64,000 nucleotides of DNA, taken from positions 3,296,001 through 3,360,000 of the forward strand of contig OZ242029.1 in assembly GCA_965205015.1 (NCBI GenBank), given 5' to 3'. The translations under genes were made by a program, and so were the position numbers. Below the pieces are notes generated by a model, which saw only the letters and a program-made list of their open reading frames with translations, had not been told where the DNA came from and made no database searches. Position 1 is the first letter of the stretch; every line of letters begins with the position of its first letter. Shown here in pieces: positions 50,712 through 61,411 of the stretch. Source of the stretch: Candidatus Poribacteria bacterium. Lineage in GTDB: Bacteria > Poribacteria > WGA-4E > WGA-3G.

Positions 50712-50962
50712 TGAATGAAGTCTCCCTACTTTGCGGTGGTTACGCAGTTTACAAATAGACTTTTGAAAAAACCTGAAAAAACCTGCTTTCTTAACTACTT
50801 TTTCCAATCTTAATATGGTAATATAGCATAACAGAATATTGTACATTATTTTTCGCAAAATGTCAAGAAAAAATAAAAAATCACATTTTTTCCCAATTTA
50901 ATGCAATAATGTGTGCTATTACCGTTAAGCGACCCCATAGATTTTCGACGCTGGAGGATAAC

Positions 50963-51514
50963 ATGGGAACAATCACGACACGACTGCCGGTTAAAGCGAT
51001 CATCGGTGTGCTCACAACGGACCCTGACCTCCTGCCAACAGTTTATACAGAACTGGTACATCGCCTTGGATCGATTGATTACACAAGTGAATTGATGCCT
51101 TTTACAAGTACAGCCTACTACGAGGCTGAGATGGGACCAAACATCCAACGACAATTTATCAGTTTTGAAAGACTTATCGATGCCGGTACGCTGGCAGAAA
51201 TGAAATTGTTCACAAATAGCGTTGAGCAAACTTTTGCTGTAAGAAAGTCCGAAACAGACGCACGGCGAGTCAATTTGGACGCGGGTTACATCTGTTTAGC
51301 AAAACTGGTGCTTGCGTCAACGAAAGATCATGCACATCGTATCTATCTCAGCGACGGTATCTACGCCGAAATCACACTCCGTTTCTATCGCAAAACGTTC
51401 CGACCCTGGGAGTGGAGTTATCCGGACTACCGATTACCAACATATATCGCTATTTTTAATCACATTCGCAGCATCTATAGAAATCAATTAATGACGTCGA
51501 CTACCTCCGACTGA
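50963..51514 (+). CDS. DUF4416 family protein
   Basis: YYEAEMG, RRVNLDAGY, LVLASTK..HRIYL..GIYAEITL, YPDY; GGAGG RBS. Confidence 0.88.
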   Translation: MGTITTRLPVKAIIGVLTTDPDLLPTVYTELVHRLGSIDYTSELMPFTSTAYYEAEMGPNIQRQFISFERLIDAGTLAEMKLFTNSVEQTFAVRKSETDARRVNLDAGYICLAKLVLASTKDHAHRIYLSDGIYAEITLRFYRKTFRPWEWSYPDYRLPTYIAIFNHIRSIYRNQLMTSTTSD

Positions 51515-51922
51515 AGCGTGTTGAGATACCGCGCGGAGATCGCCGTACATCTTTCGGACTTGTATCAACAGCCCCTGTTGCTCATACCAAGAAACATAAT
51601 CTCCTTCAGTTCCCTATGTCTCGATACAGGGGTGTGCAGAGTTCTGAAGTGCTTTGAGGTGTTCTGACCCGTTTAATAGTGTTTTCTCCTGTGTTTATGT
51701 AGGATACACAGGATATTTAGAATCGAAATCACGGTCTATCGTGTATCGTGCGTTTATTTCCTGTCAAGTAGGCGGCAGACACATTGCCGAGAGGCAATGC
51801 TTGACATGTCTGCCAACACGATATAATTATTATACCACAAAAACTGAACGAAAGTCAAATTAATTATTAAAAGAAAGGGCGGTTTCCTTCTCACCCTGAA
51901 GGGTGAGATTTCCAAATCGCGA

Positions 51923-53110
51923 ATGTTGATGAAGAAACTTCTTAAAAAGATGCCAGGTATTGAGAACCTGTGCGACACAAAATCGTTGATCTTTATTGTT
52001 CTCACGGGTGTATTTTTGGCATGTTCTCTATCCAGCGTAAATGCTGAATTGACAGACTTAGAGGCGCGTGCGCGTGCGCGCGACATCGGCATCCAAATAG
52101 GAACCCTTCCAACAGGCATACACAATGCCATCACTGATGTAGCGGGTGTGAAAGTCGGACACATTACGCTAAACGAAGGCGATTCAATTCGTACGGGTGT
52201 TACCGCTATCCTTCCAAGTGATGATATTTGGACAGCACGCCTCTTCGGTGCGGCGCATGTCATTCACGGTAATGGTGAAGCAACCGGCATTGCCCGCATC
52301 AATCAAGCTGGATGGATTGAATCTCCCATTTTGCTTACAAATACACTCAGTGTCGGGGCGGTTCATGACGGTGTTGTGCGTTACATTGTAAAACGGTATC
52401 CAGATAACAATATTGTGCTGCCAATTGTGGCGGAGTGCTACGATGGTGGTTTGAACGATATCAGCGGACTCCACGTCACAGCACAGCATGCGATTGAAGC
52501 GATTGAGAACGCCACCGATGGTCTCGTAACCGAAGGAAGCGTTGGTGCCGGCACGGGCATGCGATGCTATGGGTTTAAAGCCGGTATCGGTACCGCCTCC
52601 CGCGTCCTACCTGAAGAACGCGGTGGATGGACAGTCGGTGTCCTCGTTAATTCCAATGGCGGTCGTCGTTCGCAGCTGCGAGTTGGTGGTGTCCCGGTCG
52701 GCAAAGAAATTAGCGGATCCCCACCGAAACCGGGTAGAGATGGCTCGTTCATTATTGTGATCGCAACAGATGCCCCGTTGACGCATCGCCAATTGAAACA
52801 GTTAGCGGTTCGCGCGACACATGGACTTGCGCGTACAGGCACACCGAGTACGGACGGGAGTGGAGAATTCGTCATCGCATTTTCTACCGCGAACATTTTC
52901 CCAAGTGGTACCGAAACCGGCACTTTTGAAATCCAAATGCTCGTCAATCGGCGTTTGAGTTCACTCTTTCAAGCTGTCATCGAAGCCACAGAAGAGGCTA
53001 TCATCAATTCCATGACAATGGCGACGACAACCACGGGACGCAATGGCAGAACGATGTACGCGATTCCGTTGGTGGCGTTGCAAAAGGTGATGAAAGCCTA
53101 TGGACATTGA
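51923..53110 (+). CDS. P1/S58 family peptidase (DmpA-like)
   Basis: NAITDVAGVKVGH, LTNTLSVG, EGSVGAGTG, DGS cleavage site, EATEEAI; exact start uncertain. Confidence 0.9.
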   Translation: MLMKKLLKKMPGIENLCDTKSLIFIVLTGVFLACSLSSVNAELTDLEARARARDIGIQIGTLPTGIHNAITDVAGVKVGHITLNEGDSIRTGVTAILPSDDIWTARLFGAAHVIHGNGEATGIARINQAGWIESPILLTNTLSVGAVHDGVVRYIVKRYPDNNIVLPIVAECYDGGLNDISGLHVTAQHAIEAIENATDGLVTEGSVGAGTGMRCYGFKAGIGTASRVLPEERGGWTVGVLVNSNGGRRSQLRVGGVPVGKEISGSPPKPGRDGSFIIVIATDAPLTHRQLKQLAVRATHGLARTGTPSTDGSGEFVIAFSTANIFPSGTETGTFEIQMLVNRRLSSLFQAVIEATEEAIINSMTMATTTTGRNGRTMYAIPLVALQKVMKAYGH

Positions 53111-53115
53111 ATGTG

Positions 53116-55272
53116 CTAAGCTGAACTGACACGATTCAGGTCAGGGGCAAGAGACGCTGGCACGACTTCGTAGTGTGAAAATTCCAATGTAAATGCCCCA
53201 CGTCCCTGTGTCATTGAGCGAAGCCGCGTTGTGTACTGGAACGTTTCTGACAGTGGAATGAAAGCATTGATGATGTTTTGTGTCGCTTGCGATGGGCGTC
53301 CGGTCTCGGAGATATCTTGGGTTGTGCTCTCATTAATCTGTGCCCGCCGGGAATTCAGGTCCCCAATGACTTTGCCAACATGCTCATCGGCAACAGTGAT
53401 ATGCATCCGCATGATGGGTTCTAACAACAAAGGATTCGCCTTTCTGATCGCATTTTCAAACGCCAAGACGGCTGCCGCTTCAAATGCGACTTCCGAAGAA
53501 TCCGTCGGATGATAGGAACCCCCCGTGAGCGTAACTTTTACGTCCTGCATCGGGTATCCGATGCGGGGACCTGTTCCCATAGCCCCTTCCAATGCCTTCT
53601 CAATAAACGGGACGTACTGCCGCGGAATTTGCGTTTCGTCTGTGTTATCCTCGAACTGGAATCCTTCCCCGCGCGCTAACGGCTCAACCGTTAGCAGTAC
53701 ATCACCATATATCCCTTCTTCATCTGTTTTATGGATATGCGTCCCGCGAGCCTCTGCGAACGTACTGATGGTTTCACGATACGCTACCTGCAGTTTGCTG
53801 ACCCGAGCGTTGACGCCGAATTCGCGTATCATGCGGTCTGTGAGAATTTCTAAGTGGAGTTCACCCATACCAGAGATGATCCGTTGTCCCGTTTCTTTGT
53901 CGATCCCGACAGTGAAAGTTGGATCCTCGTCCATCAATTTTTCGAGCGTCTCCTCCAAGGCATCAGCATCGCTTGCACGCTCCGGTTCAATGGCGATTGA
54001 AATCACTGGATCCGGGAAGGTAATGGATTCTAACAGAATCGGTTCTTTCGGATCCGTCAGCGTATCTCCTGTCTTGGTATCCTTAAGTCCAACAAGTGCA
54101 ACAATATCACCGGCGGAAGCGGCGTCACAGACTGCCTCCTTATTGGCGTGCATCTGTAAGATACGGTTAATCCGTTCCCGTTTTTCGGAACGGACGTTGT
54201 AGACAGCCTCCCCGCGTTTGAGCACGCCTGAATAGATACGGCAGTATACGAGTTTGTCCACCGTTGGATGGTTTGCCACTTTAAATGCCAATGCTGAAAA
54301 TGGAGCGTTGTCATTTGGGACGCGTGTCACTATATCCTGCGCTTCGGATGCGTTTTTGGGGCGCGTGGAACGTTCCCGTCCAGAATCGGCATCTGGCACA
54401 GTCCCTTCAATAGGGGGGACGTCAATAGGGGACGGCAGAAAATCAATAACCGAATCCAATAGCGGTTGAACGCCTTGATTCTTTAGGGAACTTCCACAAA
54501 GCACGGGGAAGAGTTTCCCTTGCAACGTCGCTGCGCGGATACCGGTTCGTAACTCGGCGTGGGTTATCTCTTCACCTCCCAAGTATTTTTCAAGCAACGC
54601 CTCATCTTCGACAGCGACATTCTCGTAGAGAGTTTCCCGTGCTTGTGCGACTTCATCTTGAAATTCAGGTGGAATCTCTGCCTCTACGTACGTCTGCCCG
54701 AGATCGGTTGTATCCCAGTGCATCGCCTTCTGCGTCACGAGATCGATAACACCGGCGAAATCTGCTCCTTCACCCATCGGTAATTGGAGGGGGAGTGGAG
54801 TGGCGCCTAACTGTTCCCGCATCATTTCCAGAACGCGAGTGAAATTGGCACCAACCCTATCCATCTTATTAACGAAGACGATGCGCGGCACATCGTAGCG
54901 TTCGGCTTGACGCCAAACCGTTTCTGACTGCGGCTCGACCCCGCCGACAGCACAGAAAAGGGCAATCGCCCCATCCAAAACTCGCAGGGATCGTTCCACT
55001 TCTACTGTGAAATCGACGTGTCCGGGGGTATCAATGAGGTGAATTGCGTGTTCTCGCCAGAAACAGGTCGTCGCGGCGGCAGTAATTGTTACACCACGTT
55101 CTCGTTCCTGCACCATCCAATCCATCTCAGCAGTGCCGTCATCCACCGCGCCGATCTTATGCTTTTTACCGGTGTAAAAAAGAATCCGTTCAGTTGTGGT
55201 TGTTTTGCCCGCATCAATGTGCGCTGCAATGCCGATATTGCGTAGGTTTTCAATTGGATATTCGCGTGCCAT
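53116..55272 (-). CDS. fusA: Elongation factor G (stand-alone copy)
   Basis: [36 protein letters not shown]. Confidence 0.93.
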   Translation of the reverse strand: MAREYPIENLRNIGIAAHIDAGKTTTTERILFYTGKKHKIGAVDDGTAEMDWMVQERERGVTITAAATTCFWREHAIHLIDTPGHVDFTVEVERSLRVLDGAIALFCAVGGVEPQSETVWRQAERYDVPRIVFVNKMDRVGANFTRVLEMMREQLGATPLPLQLPMGEGADFAGVIDLVTQKAMHWDTTDLGQTYVEAEIPPEFQDEVAQARETLYENVAVEDEALLEKYLGGEEITHAELRTGIRAATLQGKLFPVLCGSSLKNQGVQPLLDSVIDFLPSPIDVPPIEGTVPDADSGRERSTRPKNASEAQDIVTRVPNDNAPFSALAFKVANHPTVDKLVYCRIYSGVLKRGEAVYNVRSEKRERINRILQMHANKEAVCDAASAGDIVALVGLKDTKTGDTLTDPKEPILLESITFPDPVISIAIEPERASDADALEETLEKLMDEDPTFTVGIDKETGQRIISGMGELHLEILTDRMIREFGVNARVSKLQVAYRETISTFAEARGTHIHKTDEEGIYGDVLLTVEPLARGEGFQFEDNTDETQIPRQYVPFIEKALEGAMGTGPRIGYPMQDVKVTLTGGSYHPTDSSEVAFEAAAVLAFENAIRKANPLLLEPIMRMHITVADEHVGKVIGDLNSRRAQINESTTQDISETGRPSQATQNIINAFIPLSETFQYTTRLRSMTQGRGAFTLEFSHYEVVPASLAPDLNRVSSA

Positions 55273-55293
55273 GTTTTCCTTACAAATTTGTGC

Positions 55294-56295
55294 TTATCTG
55301 TTATCGTTCCATTGAAGGATGACGCCGAGTAAACCTGGGTTCCATGCCATGAGGAGTTGATACGCTTTTGATGCCTCTTCTCCCGGGACGCGATGGCTAA
55401 TCAATGGAATAACGTTGAACCGTTTCTGAGCGATGAGCGATAACAACAAGCGGCTATCCGCTTCAAGGGTCCAGAAGTGGGGTGAGGTCTCTTGACGCGG
55501 GCGGATGGAATTGTGGGCACCATACAAAATGAGACCTTTTTTATGCACATCGCGATAGAAATTTACGCTCGGTGTTTCTCCACGGGTACTTGCCAACAAC
55601 ACGACGCGCGCGCCCCGTCCTGCGACATCTAAAGCGGTAGTGATTGCGTCTGGGTGTCCAGTTGCCTCAATAATAATTGCGGGTCCATTGCCTTGCGTCG
55701 CCTCCTCTAACTGTGCGGAGAAATCAGTATCTTCGGGATTGAAGGTGTAGTCTGCGCCTATTCTTTTAGAGATTTCGAGGCGACTGTCGGTGAGATCTGC
55801 AGCAATAAGCGGCAGGGCGCCGCTCAATTTTGAGAGTTGCATCGCCAGCAAGCCGATAAGTCCTTGTCCCAAGACCAAGGTCGCTTCTCCCAATTCAATC
55901 CGCGCTTTCCGAACACCTTGCAAGGCAATCGCGCCGAGATTAAAGAAGACGGCTTCTTCGGCTGGAACATCGGCGGATGCTATCTTTAGCAAGCGACGTG
56001 GCGAAGCCGCAAAGTGGCTGGTATGTCCTTGGGTTGAAGCGACTCGATCACCTACTTCCCAATCTGTGATTGCTTTTCCGACCTCTACGATTGTGCCAAT
56101 ATTGCTATAACCGGGACGGGTCGGATACCTTCCTTGAGCATTTGGAAGTCCCAATAGAAACGCGCGTTCCGTGCCGGGACTGATGAGTGTGCATTCCGTT
56201 TCAACAAGTACTTCATCATCGCCGACAGGTGGCAGCGTAAACGTCTCAATGTCAACTTTGGCGCGATCGGGCCATACAACCCGTTGTGCTTCCAT
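55294..56295 (-). CDS. Zinc-binding alcohol dehydrogenase-like (MDR) protein
   Basis: LISPGTE, PGYS, GQGLIG, IEATG. Confidence 0.85.
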   Translation of the reverse strand: MEAQRVVWPDRAKVDIETFTLPPVGDDEVLVETECTLISPGTERAFLLGLPNAQGRYPTRPGYSNIGTIVEVGKAITDWEVGDRVASTQGHTSHFAASPRRLLKIASADVPAEEAVFFNLGAIALQGVRKARIELGEATLVLGQGLIGLLAMQLSKLSGALPLIAADLTDSRLEISKRIGADYTFNPEDTDFSAQLEEATQGNGPAIIIEATGHPDAITTALDVAGRGARVVLLASTRGETPSVNFYRDVHKKGLILYGAHNSIRPRQETSPHFWTLEADSRLLLSLIAQKRFNVIPLISHRVPGEEASKAYQLLMAWNPGLLGVILQWNDNR

Positions 56296-56418
56296 CTCCT
56301 TAACCTGAACCTCTTAATATTAAGAAAGGATAGTTGTTTTCCTGGAGTATACCAGAAAGACAACTATCCGTCAAGCATTAATCCGTGAACACACAGTATA
56401 GTGGATCCACCGTATTAA

Positions 56419-58038
56419 TTATCTGTCCGATGTGGAAACTTTTATGGTAACATATCCGCCCCTCTGTCCATTCGGCGACTTAACATAGAGAAGCACCTGT
56501 TTTTTATTTTCGTTTGTGAGTTGTTCCGCAAGCCGGGAATACGACTCAAGGTCGTCAATGGATATCCACTCCATTTCTTGAATGAGGGATCCGATGACGA
56601 TACCTTTTTTTGCAGCGTCACTACCGCGTTCAACCTGTGTGACAATTACACCCTTTTCACCTGATGGATAGCCGTAACGTTCAGCAATCGCTGGCGTCAG
56701 ATTTTGTACGCGAATCCCCGCAAAGGATTCTGTCTCTACAGATGGAGACTCTTTCTCCTCAGACTCATTGAGTGCAGCACTCACTTCTTGGGTACGTTTA
56801 CCCAACTTAACAGTTAATTGCTTTTCTTTGCCGCCTTTCCGTAAGACGACGACATCAACAGATTTGCCTACCTTTGTCGCACCGACAACATGCCTGAGAT
56901 GACTCCAATCTCGGATTTCTTGGCCATCAAAAGAGACGATAACATCACCTCTTTGAATTCCTGCTTTTTGAGCAGGACTCTTCATTCCAACCGTTTCGAC
57001 GAGCACGCCCCGCGGAATTGCAAGGTTCAGTTTTTCTGCCAAGTCTCGATCGACGGCGCGCATTCTAATGCCGAGCCAGCCGCGTTCCACCTCGCCATGC
57101 TCAATCAGCTGAATCATGTTATTTCGTGCGGTGTTACTCGGAATGGCGAAACCGAGCCCGATGTTTCCCATGGAAAAATTACTCGCGATCATGGTGTTAA
57201 TACCGACTAATTCCCCGCGGATGTTAATCAGAGCTCCGCCACTGTTACCGCGATTAATCGGGGCATCTGTTTGAATGAAACTACTGAACGGGATATTGCC
57301 AACCTTATCTCTACCTTTCGCACTAACGATACCGCGTGTTACGGTCTGCGATAAATTAAACGGCGTTCCGATTGCAATAACCCACTCGCCGACCTCAAGT
57401 GCGTCCGAATCCCCAAATGCGAGTGCCGGAAGGTCTTTTGCTTCAATTTTAACCACTGCTAAATCGCTACCACCCCCATTACGAAGTGCTGGGTCGCTAC
57501 CGACTAATTTCGCTTCATACGCGTGCCCGGTTGCCAAGGTGACTGTAATTTCATCGGCACCATCAATGACATGATTATTGGTAAGGATATAGCCATCCTC
57601 ACTCACAATTACGCCAGACCCGATGCCTTGTGCAGGGGGCAGATTCGGGAGTGGTTGGCGCGGCTCTTGTTGCAGGCGCGGTGGGCGTTCTTCAAAAAAG
57701 AATCTGAACGGGGAATCATCACCGAAAAAGCGTCTAAACTCCTCAGGGGACATCTCTTCTCTTTGTGATGTGTCAATTCTAACTCGTTCTGTTTTTGTTG
57801 TAATTTGGACAACAGCAGGACGCGTCTGCGCCACTAAATCAATAAATGCTCGATTTGCCCGTTCCAAGTGCAGAAAATCTTCTGATGTTTGAAGTGTATC
57901 GTTCGTCTGCCCGACGGCCGTCTGTAGCGTGAATTCATTTGTGTCTCGGTCAATGATAACTCCTGCCGCGACAATAAGAACTGCTAAAACCAAAATTACC
58001 CGTACGGTGTTACGCAGTGTGTTGCTGAGTCTGAACAT
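56419..58038 (-). CDS. degP: Do/HtrA family serine endopeptidase with 2 PDZ domains
   Basis: GSGVI..TNNHV, DLAV, QTDAPINRGNSGG, RGWLG. Confidence 0.93.
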   Translation of the reverse strand: MFRLSNTLRNTVRVILVLAVLIVAAGVIIDRDTNEFTLQTAVGQTNDTLQTSEDFLHLERANRAFIDLVAQTRPAVVQITTKTERVRIDTSQREEMSPEEFRRFFGDDSPFRFFFEERPPRLQQEPRQPLPNLPPAQGIGSGVIVSEDGYILTNNHVIDGADEITVTLATGHAYEAKLVGSDPALRNGGGSDLAVVKIEAKDLPALAFGDSDALEVGEWVIAIGTPFNLSQTVTRGIVSAKGRDKVGNIPFSSFIQTDAPINRGNSGGALINIRGELVGINTMIASNFSMGNIGLGFAIPSNTARNNMIQLIEHGEVERGWLGIRMRAVDRDLAEKLNLAIPRGVLVETVGMKSPAQKAGIQRGDVIVSFDGQEIRDWSHLRHVVGATKVGKSVDVVVLRKGGKEKQLTVKLGKRTQEVSAALNESEEKESPSVETESFAGIRVQNLTPAIAERYGYPSGEKGVIVTQVERGSDAAKKGIVIGSLIQEMEWISIDDLESYSRLAEQLTNENKKQVLLYVKSPNGQRGGYVTIKVSTSDR

Positions 58039-58218
58039 GATATAAAACCTCCGATGTAATTAAGTGTTAGGTCCGATCCTGGAGGCGGCCGGAACCGTGT
58101 ATTTTTTATTTTTTCTGCTTACGTTCTAAAGACACACCTATTAGAAAATAAAGTTGCAAAAAAGTTTGGAAAAAATGTAGTGTGTTTACAAACCTACGGT
58201 GTGTCGATCGAATTCTAT

Positions 58219-58569
58219 TCATTCTCCCTGTGAAATCCGTTCTACGTGTTCGCGGACGATGTGTTCGGGTGATAGTCGAATAAATAGCCACGCACCCGGT
58301 ACAAGAATCACGAACGCCCCGATGAGCAAATCGTCAATCCGACCAAAGACAGGGATAAAATCGAAATCAAGCGGATTCACCAAGTAGGCGATAGCGAAAA
58401 TGACTGCCAATAGTTCGGCAAGGATAAGAATCGCCTTCCGATAGATAGGGACGCGTTCATCGACAAACAGCCGCCAGGTCAGTTTGACGAAATTTGGGAA
58501 ATGGAGGAGCAGGCGGAAAAATCGAAAGGGACCGGGTTTATTACCGCCGGAGAAAAAAGAGTTCATCAT
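58219..58569 (-). CDS. DUF1232 (YkvA) membrane protein
   Basis: YLVNPLD..IPVFGRIDD; start uncertain (58569-58605). Confidence 0.8.
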   Translation of the reverse strand: MMNSFFSGGNKPGPFRFFRLLLHFPNFVKLTWRLFVDERVPIYRKAILILAELLAVIFAIAYLVNPLDFDFIPVFGRIDDLLIGAFVILVPGAWLFIRLSPEHIVREHVERISQGE

Positions 58570-58706
58570 ATTTAAAAGTTTACCAAAACCGTTTTTTATG
58601 TGCAAATCAATTTTTTAGAAGTTATCAGTTTCAGCATTAATTTGACTGTCAAGTTCCTTTTTGGTATACTACCAGAAATAGGATATGTTGGATACAAGGA
58701 GTACTT

Positions 58707-59492
58707 ATGGCACCACAAAGGGCACTATCGGCGAAGCAAATCGCCGCCCAGCTTTACACGGTTCGGGAATTTACCAAAACCGAAACTGATATCGCCGCAA
58801 CGATGCAAAAGGTTCGGCAACTCGGATATGAGGCGGTGCAATGTTCGGCGCTCGGTCCAATTGAACCCGCTGCATTGAAGAACATTGTTGACGGTGAAGG
58901 CCTCAGTATCATCGCAACACATACAAGTTACGAACGGATGCGCGACGAACCACAATCTGTTATTGATGAACATCAATTGTGGGGATGCAAACATGCCGCA
59001 ATTGGCGGACTTCCCGGTGAATACCGAACCGCAGAGGGGTATGGCAGGTTTGCGAGGGAGGCATCGGCAGTCGCGGCGCGCCTTGCTGAAGGCGGCTTGA
59101 CTTTCTCCTATCATAACCACAGTTTTGAATTGGAGCGCTATAACGGACGCACTGGGTTAGAGATTCTGTACGCGGAGAGCGATCCGAATTGCTTTAAAAG
59201 TGAACTGGATACTTATTGGATTCAGCACGGGGGTGGCGATCCAGCGGCATGGATTCGCCAGTTAAAAGGGCGCGCCGATATCATCCATCTCAAGGATATG
59301 GCGATGCAAGGTTCTACACAACGCTTCGCAGAAGTCGGTGAAGGTAATCTTAATTGGGAGGCGATTCTGAACGCTTGTATCTATGCGGAGGTTGAGTGGT
59401 ATATTATCGAACAGGACACCTGTTATGAACGGGATCCGTTTGAAAGTTTAGGCATCAGTCTCAGAAATCTCAAAGAGATGGGGTTTGCTTAA
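58707..59492 (+). CDS. Sugar phosphate isomerase/epimerase (xylose-isomerase-like TIM barrel)
   Basis: QLYTVR, YHNHSFE, ELDTYW, HLKD, IEQD. Confidence 0.9.
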   Translation: MAPQRALSAKQIAAQLYTVREFTKTETDIAATMQKVRQLGYEAVQCSALGPIEPAALKNIVDGEGLSIIATHTSYERMRDEPQSVIDEHQLWGCKHAAIGGLPGEYRTAEGYGRFAREASAVAARLAEGGLTFSYHNHSFELERYNGRTGLEILYAESDPNCFKSELDTYWIQHGGGDPAAWIRQLKGRADIIHLKDMAMQGSTQRFAEVGEGNLNWEAILNACIYAEVEWYIIEQDTCYERDPFESLGISLRNLKEMGFA

Positions 59493-59712
59493 ACGTATTG
59501 CGTTCTTATCTAATGGGGGGCAAGTCTCCGTGTTGATTCTAAAACGATCGTGATATACGGGGATCTTGCCTTATATTTTAAACGGAAAATCAAGAAAGGA
59601 TTGAGCGCAGACCATAACCCAGAGAGTTGAGTGGGAGACCTTTCAACTCTCAATACGGAATCAATTGACGTGTCGCGTACAGAGGCAAATATTGAGCAAC
59701 GCTCAATTTTTT

Positions 59713-59742
59713 TTGACATTATACAGTGATTTGTGATACAAT
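59713..59742 (+). promoter_or_regulatory. Sigma-70 promoter upstream of tRNA-Pro
   Basis: TTGACA-N18-TACAAT with TG extension. Confidence 0.6.
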
Positions 59743-59797
59743 TAAGATTTGATACACTTAAGACTTGATGCGAGTATAAGGAAATTGATTCTCCGAA

Positions 59798-59871
59798 CGG
59801 GGCGTGGCGCAGCCCGGAAGCGCGCTTGAATGGGGTTCAAGAGGTCGCTGGTTCGAATCCAGTCGCCCCGA
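59798..59871 (+). tRNA. tRNA-Pro(GGG)
   Basis: CGGGGCG/CGCCCCG acceptor stem, CTTGA-ATGGGGT-TCAAG anticodon arm, GGTTCGAATCC T-arm; CCA not encoded. Confidence 0.95.
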
Positions 59872-59946
59872 TCACTGAATATACAATATCGTCGTATAAA
59901 TAGTGTATCGCTCGATAAATAGCAAAGAAAGGAGGGAGTTGCAGTA

Positions 59947-61269
59947 GTGAACAAGTCGTGTATTAATGTTGGCATTTTAGGGTGGGGTACTGTCGGCACA
60001 GGCGTTTCCAAAATCCTGATGAATCAGAATTCCCTCATCGCCAAAAATAGTGGCACCGAATTATGCCTAAAAAAAATAGTAAAGCGGACCTTACCTGCGA
60101 TGCGGCAAGGTGTTGACCTTCCTATGGATTGTCTGACAACTGATCCCGCAGAAGTCGTTGATAATCCAGAAATCGATATTGTTGTTGAACTTATCGGTGG
60201 TGCCACAACAGCCCACTCGCTCATTAGGCGCGCAATCCAAAATGGCAAACACGTCGTTACAGCAAACAAAGCCCTTCTTGCAGAACACGGTGGTGAACTG
60301 TTCCAACTGGCTTCAGAACACCAAGTCAGTCTCAATTTCGAGGCAAGTACGGCAGGCGGTATTCCGATCATCAAAACCCTACAAGAGAGTTTCGCTGGCA
60401 ACCAGATTCACTCTCTTTATGGTATTGTGAATGGGACGTGTAACTACATTTTGACCGAAATGCACGAGCGTGCTGTGGACTTTTCAGATGTGCTCAAAGT
60501 TGCCCAGGACAAGGGGTACGCCGAAGCTGATCCAACGCTTGACGTTGAAGGAATTGATGCTGCACAAAAACTCATTCTCCTGATCGCCCTCGCCTATCGG
60601 AGTAATATCTCGTTATCGCAATTCCATGTTGAAGGTATTACAAGTATCACCCAGAAAGAGATTCAATACGCTCGCGAACTCGGTTACGTCATTAAGCTCT
60701 TGGCAATCGCGAAACTCACCGACGGAAATCGTGTGGAAGCACGTGTGCATCCGACACTCGTGCCGGAGCGGAGTTTGTTAGCGAATGTCAGTGGGGCATT
60801 TAACGCGGTTTGTGTGATCGGTGACGCCGTCGGTCCGACCCTTTTTTATGGACAGGGGGCTGGCGAGATGCCAACGGCAAGTGCTGTTGTTGCTGATATC
60901 ATTGATGCCGCGAAATCTGTGCAGCAAGGCATAAGCACGCCAATTTCACGAGCATGGCTTTCAGGCGCACCGGCGGAAGTGGGTGTATGTCCTATTGACG
61001 ATATTGAGACGCGGTATTACATCCGTTTTGTGGTTGCTGACCGACCCGGCGTTCTCGCAAAAATCGGGACGATTTTGGGGAACTGGCAGATTAGCATCGC
61101 CTCCGTCATCCAAAAGGATCCGCATGGTATGGAGACCGTGTCCCTGGTGATGTTGACGCACGAGGCACAAGAGAAAAACATGAAATCCGCGCTTGCAGAG
61201 ATTTATACACTCGAAGATGTAAAGGACGAGGCACAACTCATTCGAATCGAAGAAGAAGTCGATTTTTAA
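59947..61269 (+). CDS. hom: Homoserine dehydrogenase with C-terminal ACT domain
   Basis: GWGTVG, VVTANK, NGTCNYIL, GYAEADP, DRPGVLA. Confidence 0.95.
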   Translation: MNKSCINVGILGWGTVGTGVSKILMNQNSLIAKNSGTELCLKKIVKRTLPAMRQGVDLPMDCLTTDPAEVVDNPEIDIVVELIGGATTAHSLIRRAIQNGKHVVTANKALLAEHGGELFQLASEHQVSLNFEASTAGGIPIIKTLQESFAGNQIHSLYGIVNGTCNYILTEMHERAVDFSDVLKVAQDKGYAEADPTLDVEGIDAAQKLILLIALAYRSNISLSQFHVEGITSITQKEIQYARELGYVIKLLAIAKLTDGNRVEARVHPTLVPERSLLANVSGAFNAVCVIGDAVGPTLFYGQGAGEMPTASAVVADIIDAAKSVQQGISTPISRAWLSGAPAEVGVCPIDDIETRYYIRFVVADRPGVLAKIGTILGNWQISIASVIQKDPHGMETVSLVMLTHEAQEKNMKSALAEIYTLEDVKDEAQLIRIEEEVDF

Positions 61270-61270
61270 A

Positions 61271-61385
61271 TAGTCATCAGCGGTCAGCCGTCAGTTAAAT
61301 AAAAAGGGGTCTGATAGTTCGAACACCTCTTGTTACTGACAACTGAAAGGATTTTGAAAAATCCGTGCTGACAGTCGAAAGTCCA
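61271..61385. repeat. Heptamer-repeat inverted element
   Basis: GTCATCAGCGGTCAGCCGTCAGTTA...TTACTGACAACTGA...GCTGACAGTCGA. Confidence 0.6.
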
Positions 61386-61411
61386 TAGTCAGGACCGAGG
61401 TCACATTGAAA

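Noticed and set aside
50712-50858. Extended RpoB N-terminus in the ORF track
   Set aside because: AT-rich promoter-like DNA; GTG 50711 has an RBS and matches normal RpoB starts
58120-58160. ECF-sigma promoter for degP (GCAACTT...GTCT)
   Set aside because: Spacing and match too weak to support without TSS data
59798-59950. tRNA-anchored integrative element
   Set aside because: No integrase and no duplicated tRNA 3' end seen; the flanks are housekeeping genes
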